In this document: one piece after another, positions 29,811 to 39,533 of the stretch
How the letters are laid out: every line of letters starts with the position of its first letter
Position numbering within the stretch: position 1 is the stretch's first letter
DNA from: Candidatus Palauibacter scopulicola
Lineage (GTDB): Bacteria; Gemmatimonadota; Gemmatimonadetes; Palauibacterales; Palauibacteraceae
DNA: 64,000 nucleotides
Assembly: GCF_947581915.1 (NCBI RefSeq)
Contig: NZ_CANPWG010000038.1
Coordinates: 89,429 to 153,428, forward strand
Direction of reading: 5' to 3'
Made by a program: the position numbers and the translations under genes
Notes under the pieces: generated by a model
The model's input: the letters and a program-made list of their open reading frames with translations, nothing else
Told to the model about the DNA's origin: nothing
Databases searched by the model: none

Positions 29811-32180
29811 TCAGAGGAGCGCCTCTGGATCGCGGTCGATCTCGAGGCGGAGGCCCGAACCGGGCTGGCCCCGCTGCTCTCCGAGAAAGCGCAGCACGCC
29901 GCCGAGCGTGGCGGCGCGATCCGCCTTGATCAGGAAGTGCCACCTCCACCGCTCCCGGAGTCGGTCGATCGGGCAGGGAGCCGGACCGATGACCTCGATC
30001 CCGGCGAGCCTGCGATCCCTGATCAGCCGCCGCGTCCACTCGGACAGCTCTTCGGTGACGTCGATCACCCGGGACTCCGTCTTCCCGGAGACGACGAGGT
30101 TGGCGAGCCGGCGGTGCGGCGGATAGCCGGGTTCCTCCCGGTCCCCGAGTTCCCGTTCCGCAAAGCCGACGTAGTCATGCTCCGCGGCCGCGGCGAGCGC
30201 GTAGTGCCGCGGACGCGAGGTCTGGACGAGCACCTCCCCCGGCTCCTCGCCCCGCCCGGCCCGTCCGGCGACCTGCTCGAGGAGTTGGAAGGTGCGTTCG
30301 CTGGCGCGGAAGTCCGGGAGATGGAGACCGACATCCGCGTTGATCACTCCCACGAGCGTGACCTGCGGGAAGTCGAGGCCCTTGGCGATCATCTGCGTGC
30401 CGAGCAGGATGTCGACCTCCCGCCTCCGGAACGCGTCCAGAATCTCGACGTGCGCCCACTTGGAGCCCGTCGTGTCGAGGTCCATGCGGGCGATGCCGGC
30501 CGCCGGAAACAGCTCGCCCACGCGGCGTTCGACCTGTTCGGTGCCGATCCCGGTGTAGCGCGGCGCGGGACCACCGCACTCGCCGCACCCGGACGGTGGA
30601 GGGCTCGTCGCGCCGCAGTGATGACACACGAGTTGCCGGCGCCGGCGATGATACGTGAGGGTCACGGAGCAGGCGTCGCAACTCCACACGTGCCCGCAGG
30701 CCGCGCACTCGGCGTAGGAGGCGTATCCGCGGCGGTTGAGGAAGAGGATCGTCTGCTCGTCCCGTTCCAGGCGGGCGGCGATCGCCTTCCGCAGCCGTTC
30801 GGAGAAGACCCGGGGTCCGCCGCCCGGAGGGGGGTCCTCCGCGTCCCGTCCCGGGCCCTCGCCGGCGTCGGCGCGCAGGTCGACGAGTTCCACGGACGGG
30901 AGCCCGTGGCCCGTCACCCGTTCCTCGAGTTCGAGCAGGCGATAGAGCCCGGTTCGCGCATTCTCCCAGCTCTCGAGGGCCGGAGTCGCGGACCCGAGCA
31001 CGCACAACGCCCCTTCCAGGCGCGCGCGCACGATCGCGACCGAACGGGCGTGGTAGCGCGGCACGTCGGACTGCTTGTAGCTGCTCTCGTGTTCCTCGTC
31101 GACGATGATCGCGCCCAGGTTCCGGACCGGCGCGAACACCGCCGAACGCGGGCCGATCGCGATCCGCTTCCTGCCCTCGCGCAGACTCCGCCAGGCGTCG
31201 AAGCGTTCCCCGTCCGAGAGCCCCGAGTGCAGCACGGTGACCTCGTCGCCGAAGCGGGCCCGGAAGCGCTGCACGGTCTGGGGGGTGAGCGCGATCTCCG
31301 GCACGAGGAAGATGCCGGAGCGGCCCAGCGCGAGTTGGCGCTCCAGCACCTCGAGGTAGACGGCGGTCTTACCCGAGCCCGTCACGCCGCGCAGGAGTGC
31401 GACGCGGCCCGGCGCGTCGAGCCGTTCGAGGTCGCTGACGACCCGAACCTGGTCCGGAGTCAACGTGAACCGGACCTCAGGCTCGACCGGGCCGGCGAAC
31501 GGATCCCGCTCCACCTCGCGCTCGACGAACTCCGCGAGCCGCCGCTCCACGAGCCCGTCGAGCACGCCCCGGCTGAAGCCGAGTTGCTTCGTCAGGTGCC
31601 CGACGTCCGCCTGCCCGCCGACCGACTCGAGCGTCTCGTACAGCTCGCGCTGCCGATTCGCCCGCCCGAATGCGTGCTCCCGCTCGTTCAGCGTTCGCAG
31701 CTCCCGCACGAGCCGCAGCACGCGCTCGGTGCGCGGTCTTCCGGGACTCCCGCCCCCACCGGCCCGGGACCCGAGCGCACCCGGGGGGAGGGCTGCTCGG
31801 AGGACCACGCCGAGCGGCGCCACGTAGTAGTCCGAGACCCACCGGCAGAGCTCGAGGAGGGGCGCGTCAAGCACCGGCGCATCGTCGAGGACGCCCCGCA
31901 GCTCCCGCAGTCGCGGTTTCCGTTCCCGGTCCGCCCTCAGCCCGAGGCGGTCCACGACGCCGACCGCCGTCCCGCCGCCTAGCGGGACGCGAACGCGCAT
32001 GCCCGGCTCCACGGCGCCGACGAGCGAGGCGGGGATCGAGTACGCGAGCGTGCCGAGGAACGTCCGCGCGACGGCGACCTCGCACACGCCGGCGGAGCAC
32101 GCCTCCCGCGGCGCCTTCACGCGGGGGCCTTCGCTTGACACGTCGCGGCCGGATTGCTTGTTTTCCGCCACCGAATCCAA
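29811..32180 (-). CDS. priA: Primosomal protein N' (replication-restart helicase)
   Basis: Walker A (GVTGSGKT), DEEH box, Cys4 zinc-binding region (CAACGHVWSCDAC...CHHCG...CGEC). The true start is probably GTG at about 32120 or 32087. Confidence 0.85.
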   Translation of the reverse strand: MDSVAENKQSGRDVSSEGPRVKAPREACSAGVCEVAVARTFLGTLAYSIPASLVGAVEPGMRVRVPLGGGTAVGVVDRLGLRADRERKPRLRELRGVLDDAPVLDAPLLELCRWVSDYYVAPLGVVLRAALPPGALGSRAGGGGSPGRPRTERVLRLVRELRTLNEREHAFGRANRQRELYETLESVGGQADVGHLTKQLGFSRGVLDGLVERRLAEFVEREVERDPFAGPVEPEVRFTLTPDQVRVVSDLERLDAPGRVALLRGVTGSGKTAVYLEVLERQLALGRSGIFLVPEIALTPQTVQRFRARFGDEVTVLHSGLSDGERFDAWRSLREGRKRIAIGPRSAVFAPVRNLGAIIVDEEHESSYKQSDVPRYHARSVAIVRARLEGALCVLGSATPALESWENARTGLYRLLELEERVTGHGLPSVELVDLRADAGEGPGRDAEDPPPGGGPRVFSERLRKAIAARLERDEQTILFLNRRGYASYAECAACGHVWSCDACSVTLTYHRRRRQLVCHHCGATSPPPSGCGECGGPAPRYTGIGTEQVERRVGELFPAAGIARMDLDTTGSKWAHVEILDAFRRREVDILLGTQMIAKGLDFPQVTLVGVINADVGLHLPDFRASERTFQLLEQVAGRAGRGEEPGEVLVQTSRPRHYALAAAAEHDYVGFAERELGDREEPGYPPHRRLANLVVSGKTESRVIDVTEELSEWTRRLIRDRRLAGIEVIGPAPCPIDRLRERWRWHFLIKADRAATLGGVLRFLGEQRGQPGSGLRLEIDRDPEALL

Positions 32181-32192
32181 GGGGGGTCGCTC

Positions 32193-32741
32193 ATGGGCTG
32201 TCTGGCCCTGAACGCTTCATACGAGCCGTTGACGATCATTCCGGTCCGGCGCGCCGTTCGCCTGCTCATCGACCGGAAGGCCGACGCGCTGGAGGTGGAT
32301 TCGGAACGTCCGATCCGATCCGAGCGCGTCCGGATGGATACGCCCGTCGTCATCCGCCTCGTCCGGTTCATCCAGATTCCCCGCCGTTTCCGCCGCCAGG
32401 TCACGAACACCTTCCTGTTCGCGCGCGACGCCTATCGCTGTCAGTACTGCGGCCGTCACCGGCGGGAGCTGGGGTATCGCGAGTCGCTGACCCGCGACCA
32501 CGTGACGCCGATCTCGCGTGGCGGAGACAACGGGTGGTCGAACGTGGTCACGGCCTGCAGCAAGTGCAACCTGAAGAAGGCGGACCGTCTGCTGGAGGAG
32601 TGCGGGTTCTCGCTTCCGGTGGAACCCCGCGAACCCAACCACGTCGAGCTGATCTGGGCCGTCCGCAGCGTCACGCCGGTGCAGGCGCGGTACATCGGCA
32701 TGTTCTATGGTGAGGACGTGCTGCGCGCGCTGACGCCCTGA
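32193..32741 (+). CDS. HNH endonuclease
   Basis: CQYCG...H, DHVTPISRGG and CSKCNLKK motifs. ATG at 32193 preceded by AAGGGGGG. Confidence 0.75.
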   Translation: MGCLALNASYEPLTIIPVRRAVRLLIDRKADALEVDSERPIRSERVRMDTPVVIRLVRFIQIPRRFRRQVTNTFLFARDAYRCQYCGRHRRELGYRESLTRDHVTPISRGGDNGWSNVVTACSKCNLKKADRLLEECGFSLPVEPREPNHVELIWAVRSVTPVQARYIGMFYGEDVLRALTP

Positions 32742-32774
32742 GTTCGGCCCGGCCGGCCGGCTGATCGCACCGTC

Positions 32775-33338
32775 ATGAATATGACCGGGTTCGGAATCGG
32801 CGAGATCCTCCTCATCGCGATGCTCGTGCTCATCGTGTTCGGGCCCCGCCGCCTCCCGGAGATCACCCGCACCATCGGCAAGGGGATCCGCGAGTTCCGG
32901 AAGGGGATGAACGAGATCCAGCGCGAACTCGAGGCCGCCGGCCGGGAGACGCAGTGGAAGTCGCCGCCCGCGCCTCCGAAACCGCCGGCCGCGAACCGCG
33001 CGACGATCGCCGGAACCGCCACCGCGGCCGGAACCGCCGCGGCCGCCGGAGCGTCCAGCGCCGCCGCGGACGAGACGGGCGACGAGGAGGACGCCGCCGA
33101 GGCGGCTGCGGGGCCGGTCGTGGAGGAACAGGAACCGCCCACGCCGCGCGATGAAGTGGATCCGGCTCAGGAGTTCATCGATCCCTGGTCCACGGATTCC
33201 TCGCGCCCGACGTTCGGCCCCAAACCCCCCTCGGAGCCCGTTATCGCCCCGCCGACGACGGAGCCCGCGCCGACGGCCGATTCGGCCGAGCCGACTGAAC
33301 CGCCTGAAGGAGAGGATCCGGCGACGGACCCTCGATGA
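32775..33338 (+). CDS. tatA: Twin-arginine translocase TatA/TatB-family protein
   Basis: GIGEILLIAMLVLIVFGPRRLPEI..GKGIREFRK, followed by a long acidic / Pro-rich tail. Confidence 0.8.
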   Translation: MNMTGFGIGEILLIAMLVLIVFGPRRLPEITRTIGKGIREFRKGMNEIQRELEAAGRETQWKSPPAPPKPPAANRATIAGTATAAGTAAAAGASSAAADETGDEEDAAEAAAGPVVEEQEPPTPRDEVDPAQEFIDPWSTDSSRPTFGPKPPSEPVIAPPTTEPAPTADSAEPTEPPEGEDPATDPR

Positions 33339-34845
33339 GAGCGCGGTAACGGCGGTTATCCCCTTCCAGCGCCCGGAGCAACTCGACCGCCGAGGGCACT
33401 CCGGTTTCAGGCAGATCCGGGAACCCGGGACCCGCGATGCGCGCGCGCGGCGGCTCCGCATCGGCGCCGGCGGTCCCTCGGAACTCGATTTCCAGCCGGC
33501 GGCCGCGCTCGCACGGGTCGCACAGGAGGCCGTCCTCCGCCGCGGTGCCGTCAACGGTCCACGATCCCTCCTCACCTCGCAGCGTGAAGCCGGCCAGGGC
33601 CTCGGGAACCCGAAGCCTGCCGCGCCACACGCCGTCCGTCCCGGCATCGAGCGCCAGGTCCAGCGCCCCGTGGAGCGCCCTCAGCACGGGCGCCGCGGGC
33701 ATGCGGCCCTCGCCATCTCCGTCTCCGCCGTCCCAGCGGAACTCGCCCTTCATGCCGTCGTCGCGCAGCGCGGCCTCACGGAGCTTCCGGAACGGGATGA
33801 CACCCTCGAAGGAGACGGGCACGCCCGGCTCGAGGTCGTTGGAGGCGGCGACGAACGACTCGTCCGCGAGGCGCAACTCCACGGAACCCTGTCTCGGCGC
33901 CGGGGCACGGGGTTCCGGCCGGCCCAGCAGTTGCGCGACCATCCGCGCCCGCATTCCCTCCGGGTCGGTCGGACCGGTTTCGTCTTCCCCCTCACCGGCC
34001 TCACCCGCTTCGCCCGCCTCGCCCGCCCCGCCCGGGGCGCCGCCGCTCCGGCGGGGAAGATCGAAGGGGCTCCGGAATCCGAGCGGGGGACGCTGGATCC
34101 CCGGGGCGCCGGTGCCCTCCATGCGGGCTTCGAACTCGCCCCCCCAACTCGCGAGTTCGTAGCGGATGGCGGCTTGCAGGTCGTCGTCGTCCGGGTGCCA
34201 GGCGAGCCCGGTGATGCGGGGGGTGGAGACCGTCACGACGCCCGCGGGCCAGGTCGGCCGTACGCCGGGAGGCCGGGAGGCCTGAACGGTCAACCGGTCG
34301 CCGGACGGGTCGTCGCGCCTCGCCCGCACGTTCGGACCCGTTTGCCCGGAGAGCCGCGCGGCGAGCGTGCGCGCACATCCGGGTTCGCCGTCGAGCACGA
34401 CGAGGAGCGTGTTCCAGCCCGCCGCCAGCCGCACCTCGTGCGCGGTTCCGGGGTCCGCGATGGACTGCGCGTTCAACCACGCCTCGAGCCGCGCGCAGGG
34501 CTCGGCGGTAAGTTCGAGCCGCACGCTCGCGTCCGCCGGTGACTTCAGGTACACGTGGGCGAGCGTCGCCTGCCCGGTTTCCGAGAACTCCGAGAAATCC
34601 AGCGTCGCCTGTCCGTCACGGCGAAAGAGGGACCACGTGCCGGCGGCGGTCTCGAGGTTCCGGTCCGGGAAGCGGTCCGCCCCCGCCACGGGAAGCGGGT
34701 GGTCCCCCGCCGCGTGCTCCGCCCCCGTGACCAGCCAGCGGTCGACCGGGACCTCCTGGGCCCACGCGGCTTCGGGGACGAGCGCGCACACTCCCGAAGC
34801 GCAGAGCAGGAGCGAAAGCAGAGTTCGTCGAACAGGGCGCTGCAT
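33241..34845 (-). CDS. Hypothetical secreted protein
   Basis: Signal peptide (LLSLLLCASGVCALVPEAAWAQE). GEAGEAGEAGEGE acidic repeat. No recognisable domain. 3' end overlaps tatA by 98 nt. Confidence 0.45.
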   Translation of the reverse strand: MQRPVRRTLLSLLLCASGVCALVPEAAWAQEVPVDRWLVTGAEHAAGDHPLPVAGADRFPDRNLETAAGTWSLFRRDGQATLDFSEFSETGQATLAHVYLKSPADASVRLELTAEPCARLEAWLNAQSIADPGTAHEVRLAAGWNTLLVVLDGEPGCARTLAARLSGQTGPNVRARRDDPSGDRLTVQASRPPGVRPTWPAGVVTVSTPRITGLAWHPDDDDLQAAIRYELASWGGEFEARMEGTGAPGIQRPPLGFRSPFDLPRRSGGAPGGAGEAGEAGEAGEGEDETGPTDPEGMRARMVAQLLGRPEPRAPAPRQGSVELRLADESFVAASNDLEPGVPVSFEGVIPFRKLREAALRDDGMKGEFRWDGGDGDGEGRMPAAPVLRALHGALDLALDAGTDGVWRGRLRVPEALAGFTLRGEEGSWTVDGTAAEDGLLCDPCERGRRLEIEFRGTAGADAEPPRARIAGPGFPDLPETGVPSAVELLRALEGDNRRYRALIEGPSPDPLLQAVQSARPNRPSARAPSSAGR

Positions 34846-35028
34846 TGTGTATTCCCTCATGTGGCCGTGATCCGTGTGGCCGTGCGGCCGTCCGCTGCGG
34901 GCGGACAATCTCCAGACGGCTCAACATGGGGCTTTCGTCACACGATGCGCACCCGACCTGTCCCGCGGACTTCGCCCGCCGCCCGATTTCGGTTGCCGCC
35001 GGCGAGCCCCCGGAACAACTTGGTCATC

Positions 35029-35553
35029 ATGCACAAAGTGGTGGAACTGCGGGTGAACGGAGACCGGCGCCGGGTCGGAGTACCGTCCCACTACACCCTC
35101 CTCGAGACCCTCCGCTACGGGCTCGGTCTCACCGGATCGAAGCAGGGGTGCGACAAGGGGGATTGCGGGGCGTGCACGGTGCTCCGCGATGGCGAGGCGG
35201 TGCTCTCCTGCATCATGCCGGTGCACGAGGCCACGGGTCACGAGATCACGACCGTCGAAGGACTCGCCGACGCGTCCGGCCCCCACCCGCTTCAGGACGC
35301 CTTCGATCTCACGGGAGGGGCGCAATGCGGCTTCTGCACACCGGGCATTCTCTGCTCGGCCCACGGACTGCTGGCTCGCGATCCGGACCCCGCCCGCGAG
35401 GACATCGCGCGGGCGCTCTCCGGCAATCTCTGCCGCTGCACCGGCTATACGAAGATCTTCGAGGCCGTGGACATCGCGGCCGAGGCGATCCGCACCGGCG
35501 AGACCCCCGAGGAGATCGTCACACGGCGGCGCGATCCGGCGGGGACCGCATGA
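35029..35553 (+). CDS. (2Fe-2S)-binding protein (XDH-family small subunit, CoxS/IorA-like), orphan
   Basis: CDKGDCGACTV and CGFCTPG...CRCTGY motifs. Confidence 0.8.
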   Translation: MHKVVELRVNGDRRRVGVPSHYTLLETLRYGLGLTGSKQGCDKGDCGACTVLRDGEAVLSCIMPVHEATGHEITTVEGLADASGPHPLQDAFDLTGGAQCGFCTPGILCSAHGLLARDPDPAREDIARALSGNLCRCTGYTKIFEAVDIAAEAIRTGETPEEIVTRRRDPAGTA

Positions 35554-36119
35554 CTTCGCCCCCGTCGCGATCCGGGCCCGCGCCGCGCCCCGTCGTCGGT
35601 GCGCTCGCGGGACTCTTCCTTCTCCTGCCCCTGGCCGCCGGAGCCGCCGCCCAGACTCCGGAAGAGCGCCTCGCCGAACTCGGGATCGAACTCCCGACAC
35701 CGGACGCCCCGACCGCCAACTTCGTGAAGGCCGTGACGACCGGGAATCTCGTCTTCCTCGCCGGGCACGGCCCGTGCGGCGGCCTCGACGAGACCAACAC
35801 CGGGAAGGTCGGCCTCGACCACACAGTCGAGGAGGGCTACGCGATTGCGCGCTGGGTCGGCGTTTGCCTCCTCGCGTCGCTCGCCCGCGAGATCGGCGAC
35901 CTCTCCCGCGTGAAGCGCATCGTGCGCGTGCTCGGGATGGTGAACACGCCGCCCGACTTCACGCAGCACTCACAGGTCATCAACGGCTACTCCGACCTGA
36001 TGGAACAGGTGTTCGGCCCCGCGATCTCGAAGCACGCCCGCGCGGCCGTGGGCATGGCGTCGCTCCCGCGCGACCAGTCGGTCGAGATCGAGATGCTGGT
36101 CGAACTCCACGATCCCTGA
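35550..36119 (+). CDS. RidA/YjgF (Rid) family protein with signal peptide
   Basis: ATG overlaps the upstream stop (ATGA). Signal peptide plus Rid-family core (GNLVFLAGHG...AR...VEIEMLVEL). Confidence 0.65.
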   Translation: MTSPPSRSGPAPRPVVGALAGLFLLLPLAAGAAAQTPEERLAELGIELPTPDAPTANFVKAVTTGNLVFLAGHGPCGGLDETNTGKVGLDHTVEEGYAIARWVGVCLLASLAREIGDLSRVKRIVRVLGMVNTPPDFTQHSQVINGYSDLMEQVFGPAISKHARAAVGMASLPRDQSVEIEMLVELHDP

Positions 36120-36135
36120 TCGCACGGCCACCCGC

Positions 36136-37638
36136 ATGCGTCCCGTAGTCCCCGCCCCCGCCCCCGCCGCGCTCCTCGCGCTCGTCGGCGTCGCCCTGCT
36201 CGCCGGGTGCGGAGGCGCCGGAGATCCGGCTACGTCCTCCGACCTCGCGCGCGGGATCGACGCCGTGTTCGCCGACCTGGACCGCCCGGGCTCGCCGGGC
36301 GCCGCCGTATCGGTCATCCGCGACGGTGAGATCATCCACTCGCGCGGCTACGGCTACGCGCAGATCGAGCATGGCGTCCCCGTCACCCCGCGCACGGTCT
36401 TCCACGTCGCCTCCGTGTCGAAGCAGTTCACGGCCATGGCGGTGACGATGCTCGCGGCCGAAGGGGCGCTCTCGCTGGACGACCGCGTGCAGGCGCACCT
36501 TGGGTTCGTCCCCGAGTTCGAGCATCCGGTCACCGTCCGCCAGATGATCCACCACACGAGCGGGATCCGGGACCAGTGGCAGCTTCTCGGGATCTCCGGC
36601 TGGCGCCTCGACGACGTGATCACGACCGAGCAGATCCTCGGCCTCATGTCGCGCCAGCGGGAACTCAACTTCGTGCCCGGCTCGGAGTACCTCTACTCCA
36701 ACATGGGCTACACCCTCCTCGCCCGGACGGCGGCGGCGGTCAGCGGGATGTCCTTCCCGGAGTTCACCGCCGCGAGGATCTTCCGGCCGCTCGGCATGGA
36801 CCGCACCCACTCCCACGACGACCACGAACACATCGTCCCCGACCGGGCGTATTCCTACCGGCCGGCAGCCGCGGACGAGGATGAGGGAGACGGCGGGGGG
36901 CCGGGCGCGGAGTACACCAAGGCGGTCCTCAGCTACGCGAACGCGGGGGCGACGAGCCTCTTTACGACCGCGGACGACCTCGCCCGCTGGCTCGACAACT
37001 TCCGGCACGAGACGGTCGGCGGCCCGGAGGTGATGGAGATGATGACGACGCGCGGGGTCCTGAACAGCGGAGATACGATCCCCTACGCGCACGGCATCAG
37101 CATCGGCGACCACCGGGGGCTGCGCACGGTGGGGCACGGGGGGGCCGACGCGGGGTTCCGGACGCAGGCGACCTGGTATCCCGAGGCGAACGTCGGGGTC
37201 GTCGTCCTCACGAACGTCGCCAACGGCAACCCGGGTGGCCGGGCGCGGCAGGTGGCGGAGGTCGTCCTCGCCGAGGTCTTCCCCGAGGCGGAGCCGGAGG
37301 AGGAAGAGGATCCGCCGTCTCCGCCCGCCGATTCCGTCGCGCCCCCGACGCCCGACGCCGCGACGCTCGCCGGTTACGCGGGCAGCTACTACAGTCCGGA
37401 ACTCGACGCCCTGTACCACCTCGAGGCAACGGGCGAGGGGCTCGTCGCGCGCCACATACGCCACGGCGACATCGCCCTCGAGCCGCGCGCCCGCGACGAA
37501 TTCGCCACGGACCGCTGGTTCATGCGCGAGGTGCGCTTCGAGCGCGCGCCCGACGGCTCCGTCTCGGCGATGCGCGTGGGCGGCGGCCGGGTCCGAAACC
37601 TGCTCTTCATCAAGCTCGCCCGCCCACTCCCCAGGTAG
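36136..37638 (+). CDS. Serine hydrolase, beta-lactamase family lipoprotein (paralogue of 8768-10030)
   Basis: Lipobox (LLAGCGG). SVSK active-site motif. YSN motif (LYSNMGY). Confidence 0.75.
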   Translation: MRPVVPAPAPAALLALVGVALLAGCGGAGDPATSSDLARGIDAVFADLDRPGSPGAAVSVIRDGEIIHSRGYGYAQIEHGVPVTPRTVFHVASVSKQFTAMAVTMLAAEGALSLDDRVQAHLGFVPEFEHPVTVRQMIHHTSGIRDQWQLLGISGWRLDDVITTEQILGLMSRQRELNFVPGSEYLYSNMGYTLLARTAAAVSGMSFPEFTAARIFRPLGMDRTHSHDDHEHIVPDRAYSYRPAAADEDEGDGGGPGAEYTKAVLSYANAGATSLFTTADDLARWLDNFRHETVGGPEVMEMMTTRGVLNSGDTIPYAHGISIGDHRGLRTVGHGGADAGFRTQATWYPEANVGVVVLTNVANGNPGGRARQVAEVVLAEVFPEAEPEEEEDPPSPPADSVAPPTPDAATLAGYAGSYYSPELDALYHLEATGEGLVARHIRHGDIALEPRARDEFATDRWFMREVRFERAPDGSVSAMRVGGGRVRNLLFIKLARPLPR

Positions 37639-37738
37639 GGGACTCCCCCCTTCCCCCCTCCCGCTCCCAAACGGAGTCAGGTGACACCGTGACGCTCTAA
37701 TCGTTGCACGTACTTGCTGATTAGCGCACATTTCCTGC

Positions 37739-38386
37739 ATGAAATTCATGCAGTTGCTGGAAATCGTCGCGGATGAGCCCGTGTTCGAGACCGGATTCCT
37801 TCGCAGCGGGCGCGCCCGGGAGCCGGGTCTGGAGGCGCAGCTCAGCCGTTGGTGCGCCGCCGGCAAGCTGCTGCGGCTCCGGCGCGGCTTGTTCGCGCTG
37901 GCGCCGCCGTACCGGAAGGTGATTCCGCATCCCTTCCTCCTCGCCAACCGGCTCTCGCCCGGCTCGTACGTGAGCGGGCTGTCGGCGCTCGCCTTCGCGA
38001 ACGCGATCCCGGAGTACGTCCCGGAGGTCACCAGTTGCGGGCCCGCGCGTCCCCACGTGCGGGAGACGCCGCTGGGGCGGTTCTCCTTCCGCTACGTGAA
38101 GCCGGAGTTGCGGACCGGCTATCGGCTCGTGAGCCTGGTCGACGGACAGAGCGCGTTCGTCGCCCGCCCCGAGAAGGCCTTCCTCGACCTCGCGCACCTG
38201 CAGCCGGGCGGAGATGCTCCGGCCTGGATCGACGCACTGCGGCTGGACTTCGAGGCACTCTCGTCCACGCGCCTGCGAGCGGCTGCGGCCGCCACGGGGA
38301 GTCCGAAGCTGGTCCGCGCCGCGGCGCACGTCATTCGCCGCGCGAGCAATCCGGCGTCCGCTTACGAACCCCTGCCCGTCACGTGA
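37739..38386 (+). CDS. AbiEi-family antitoxin / transcriptional regulator (type IV TA)
   Basis: AbiEi_4-like N-terminal winged helix and C-terminal domain. Precedes and overlaps AbiEii (GTGA). Confidence 0.65.
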   Translation: MKFMQLLEIVADEPVFETGFLRSGRAREPGLEAQLSRWCAAGKLLRLRRGLFALAPPYRKVIPHPFLLANRLSPGSYVSGLSALAFANAIPEYVPEVTSCGPARPHVRETPLGRFSFRYVKPELRTGYRLVSLVDGQSAFVARPEKAFLDLAHLQPGGDAPAWIDALRLDFEALSSTRLRAAAAATGSPKLVRAAAHVIRRASNPASAYEPLPVT

Positions 38387-39186
38387 AGGACCATCTCCGG
38401 GAACTGATCCGGGATCTCGATCCGCATGCCGCACGCAACGCGATGCGGGAGTACCTTCAGGCCCGAATCCTGGAGGGCCTGCAGCGGGCGGGCGCCATGT
38501 CGCCGCTGGCGTTCCAGGGTGGGACGGCGCTGCGTTTCCTGTACCGGTTGCCGAGGTACTCCGAGGATCTCGACTTCGCCCTCGAGGGGCCGCGCGAGAG
38601 CTACGATCTGCGAAGCTGGCTGGCGGCCATCGACGCGCAGTTCCGGCGGGAGGGCTACGACGCGGTCGCTTCGCTACGCGATGCCGGCACTGTCCACGCC
38701 GCGTGGCTCCGTTTCGAGGGACTCCCCCACGAGTTCGGTCTGTCGAGCCACCGCGACGAAACGCTCCGGATCAAGCTCGAGGTCGACACCCGCCCGCCCG
38801 CGGGCGCCGTGACCGAGACGCGCCTCGTGCGGCGGCACGTGTCACTGCGGATCCATCACCACGACCGGGCCTCGCTGCTGGCCGGCAAACTCCACGCCGT
38901 ACTCCACCGGCCCTGGCTGAAGGGGAGGGACATCTACGATCTGGTCTGGTACCTGAGCGACCCCGCGTGGCCGCCCCCGAATCTGGATCTCCTCAACGCG
39001 GCCCGCCGCCAGACGGACCCCGCCGCGTCGGCGCTCACGGAGGACACGTGGCGCCAGGCCGTCGCGGCGAGAGTCGCGGACGTGGAACGGAAAGCGGTCG
39101 AAGCCGACATCCGCCCGTTTCTGGAGAGCGGCGACGACGTGCCCGCACGGGCCGACGCGCTGGACCTGCTACGCCTCCGCCGCTGA
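38383..39186 (+). CDS. AbiEii/AbiGii-family nucleotidyltransferase toxin (DUF1814)
   Basis: Nucleotidyltransferase motif (GGTALRFLYRLPRYSEDLDFAL) and conserved C-terminal region. GTG start overlaps the AbiEi stop. Confidence 0.7.
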   Translation: MKDHLRELIRDLDPHAARNAMREYLQARILEGLQRAGAMSPLAFQGGTALRFLYRLPRYSEDLDFALEGPRESYDLRSWLAAIDAQFRREGYDAVASLRDAGTVHAAWLRFEGLPHEFGLSSHRDETLRIKLEVDTRPPAGAVTETRLVRRHVSLRIHHHDRASLLAGKLHAVLHRPWLKGRDIYDLVWYLSDPAWPPPNLDLLNAARRQTDPAASALTEDTWRQAVAARVADVERKAVEADIRPFLESGDDVPARADALDLLRLRR

Positions 39187-39232
39187 CGTCTTCAGAGGCG
39201 GGGGGGCTCGACCCGGAACGGAGGAGGCTTGC

Positions 39233-39442
39233 TCAGCCCGCCTCTCTCGAGCGGGCGGTGTAGCCTTCGAGGAGGCCTTCGATGCGGGCGATGCGCTCGC
39301 CGAGGGCGGAGATGTCCTTCCGAACTTCCTGCTGCTCGTCGTGGATCGCACGGATCTCGGGCACGGTGAATGCCCAGAGCGCAACCCCGATTCCCAGGAT
39401 CGAGAGAATGATGTACAACGTGTCCGCAGCCGGCTTCTTCAT
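39233..39442 (-). CDS. Small membrane protein (hypothetical)
   Basis: 69 aa, one TM helix. Strong RBS (GGGAGGGGGG, 6 nt, then ATG). Confidence 0.5.
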   Translation of the reverse strand: MKKPAADTLYIILSILGIGVALWAFTVPEIRAIHDEQQEVRKDISALGERIARIEGLLEGYTARSREAG

Positions 39443-39533
39443 CGCGGTCCCCCCTCCCTTGTTACGGTAGGCCCGCGGGCTGTACCGATCAAAGGGTAGG
39501 GGTTTGCGTCACCGGCGTATCAACGCGCGTTTC

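Noticed and set aside
39187-39232. Terminator-like GC palindrome (gcccgcc...gcgggcgg) after AbiEii
   Set aside because: The stem is imperfect and there is no T-run. The region also overlaps the 3' end of the small membrane protein gene on the other strand.
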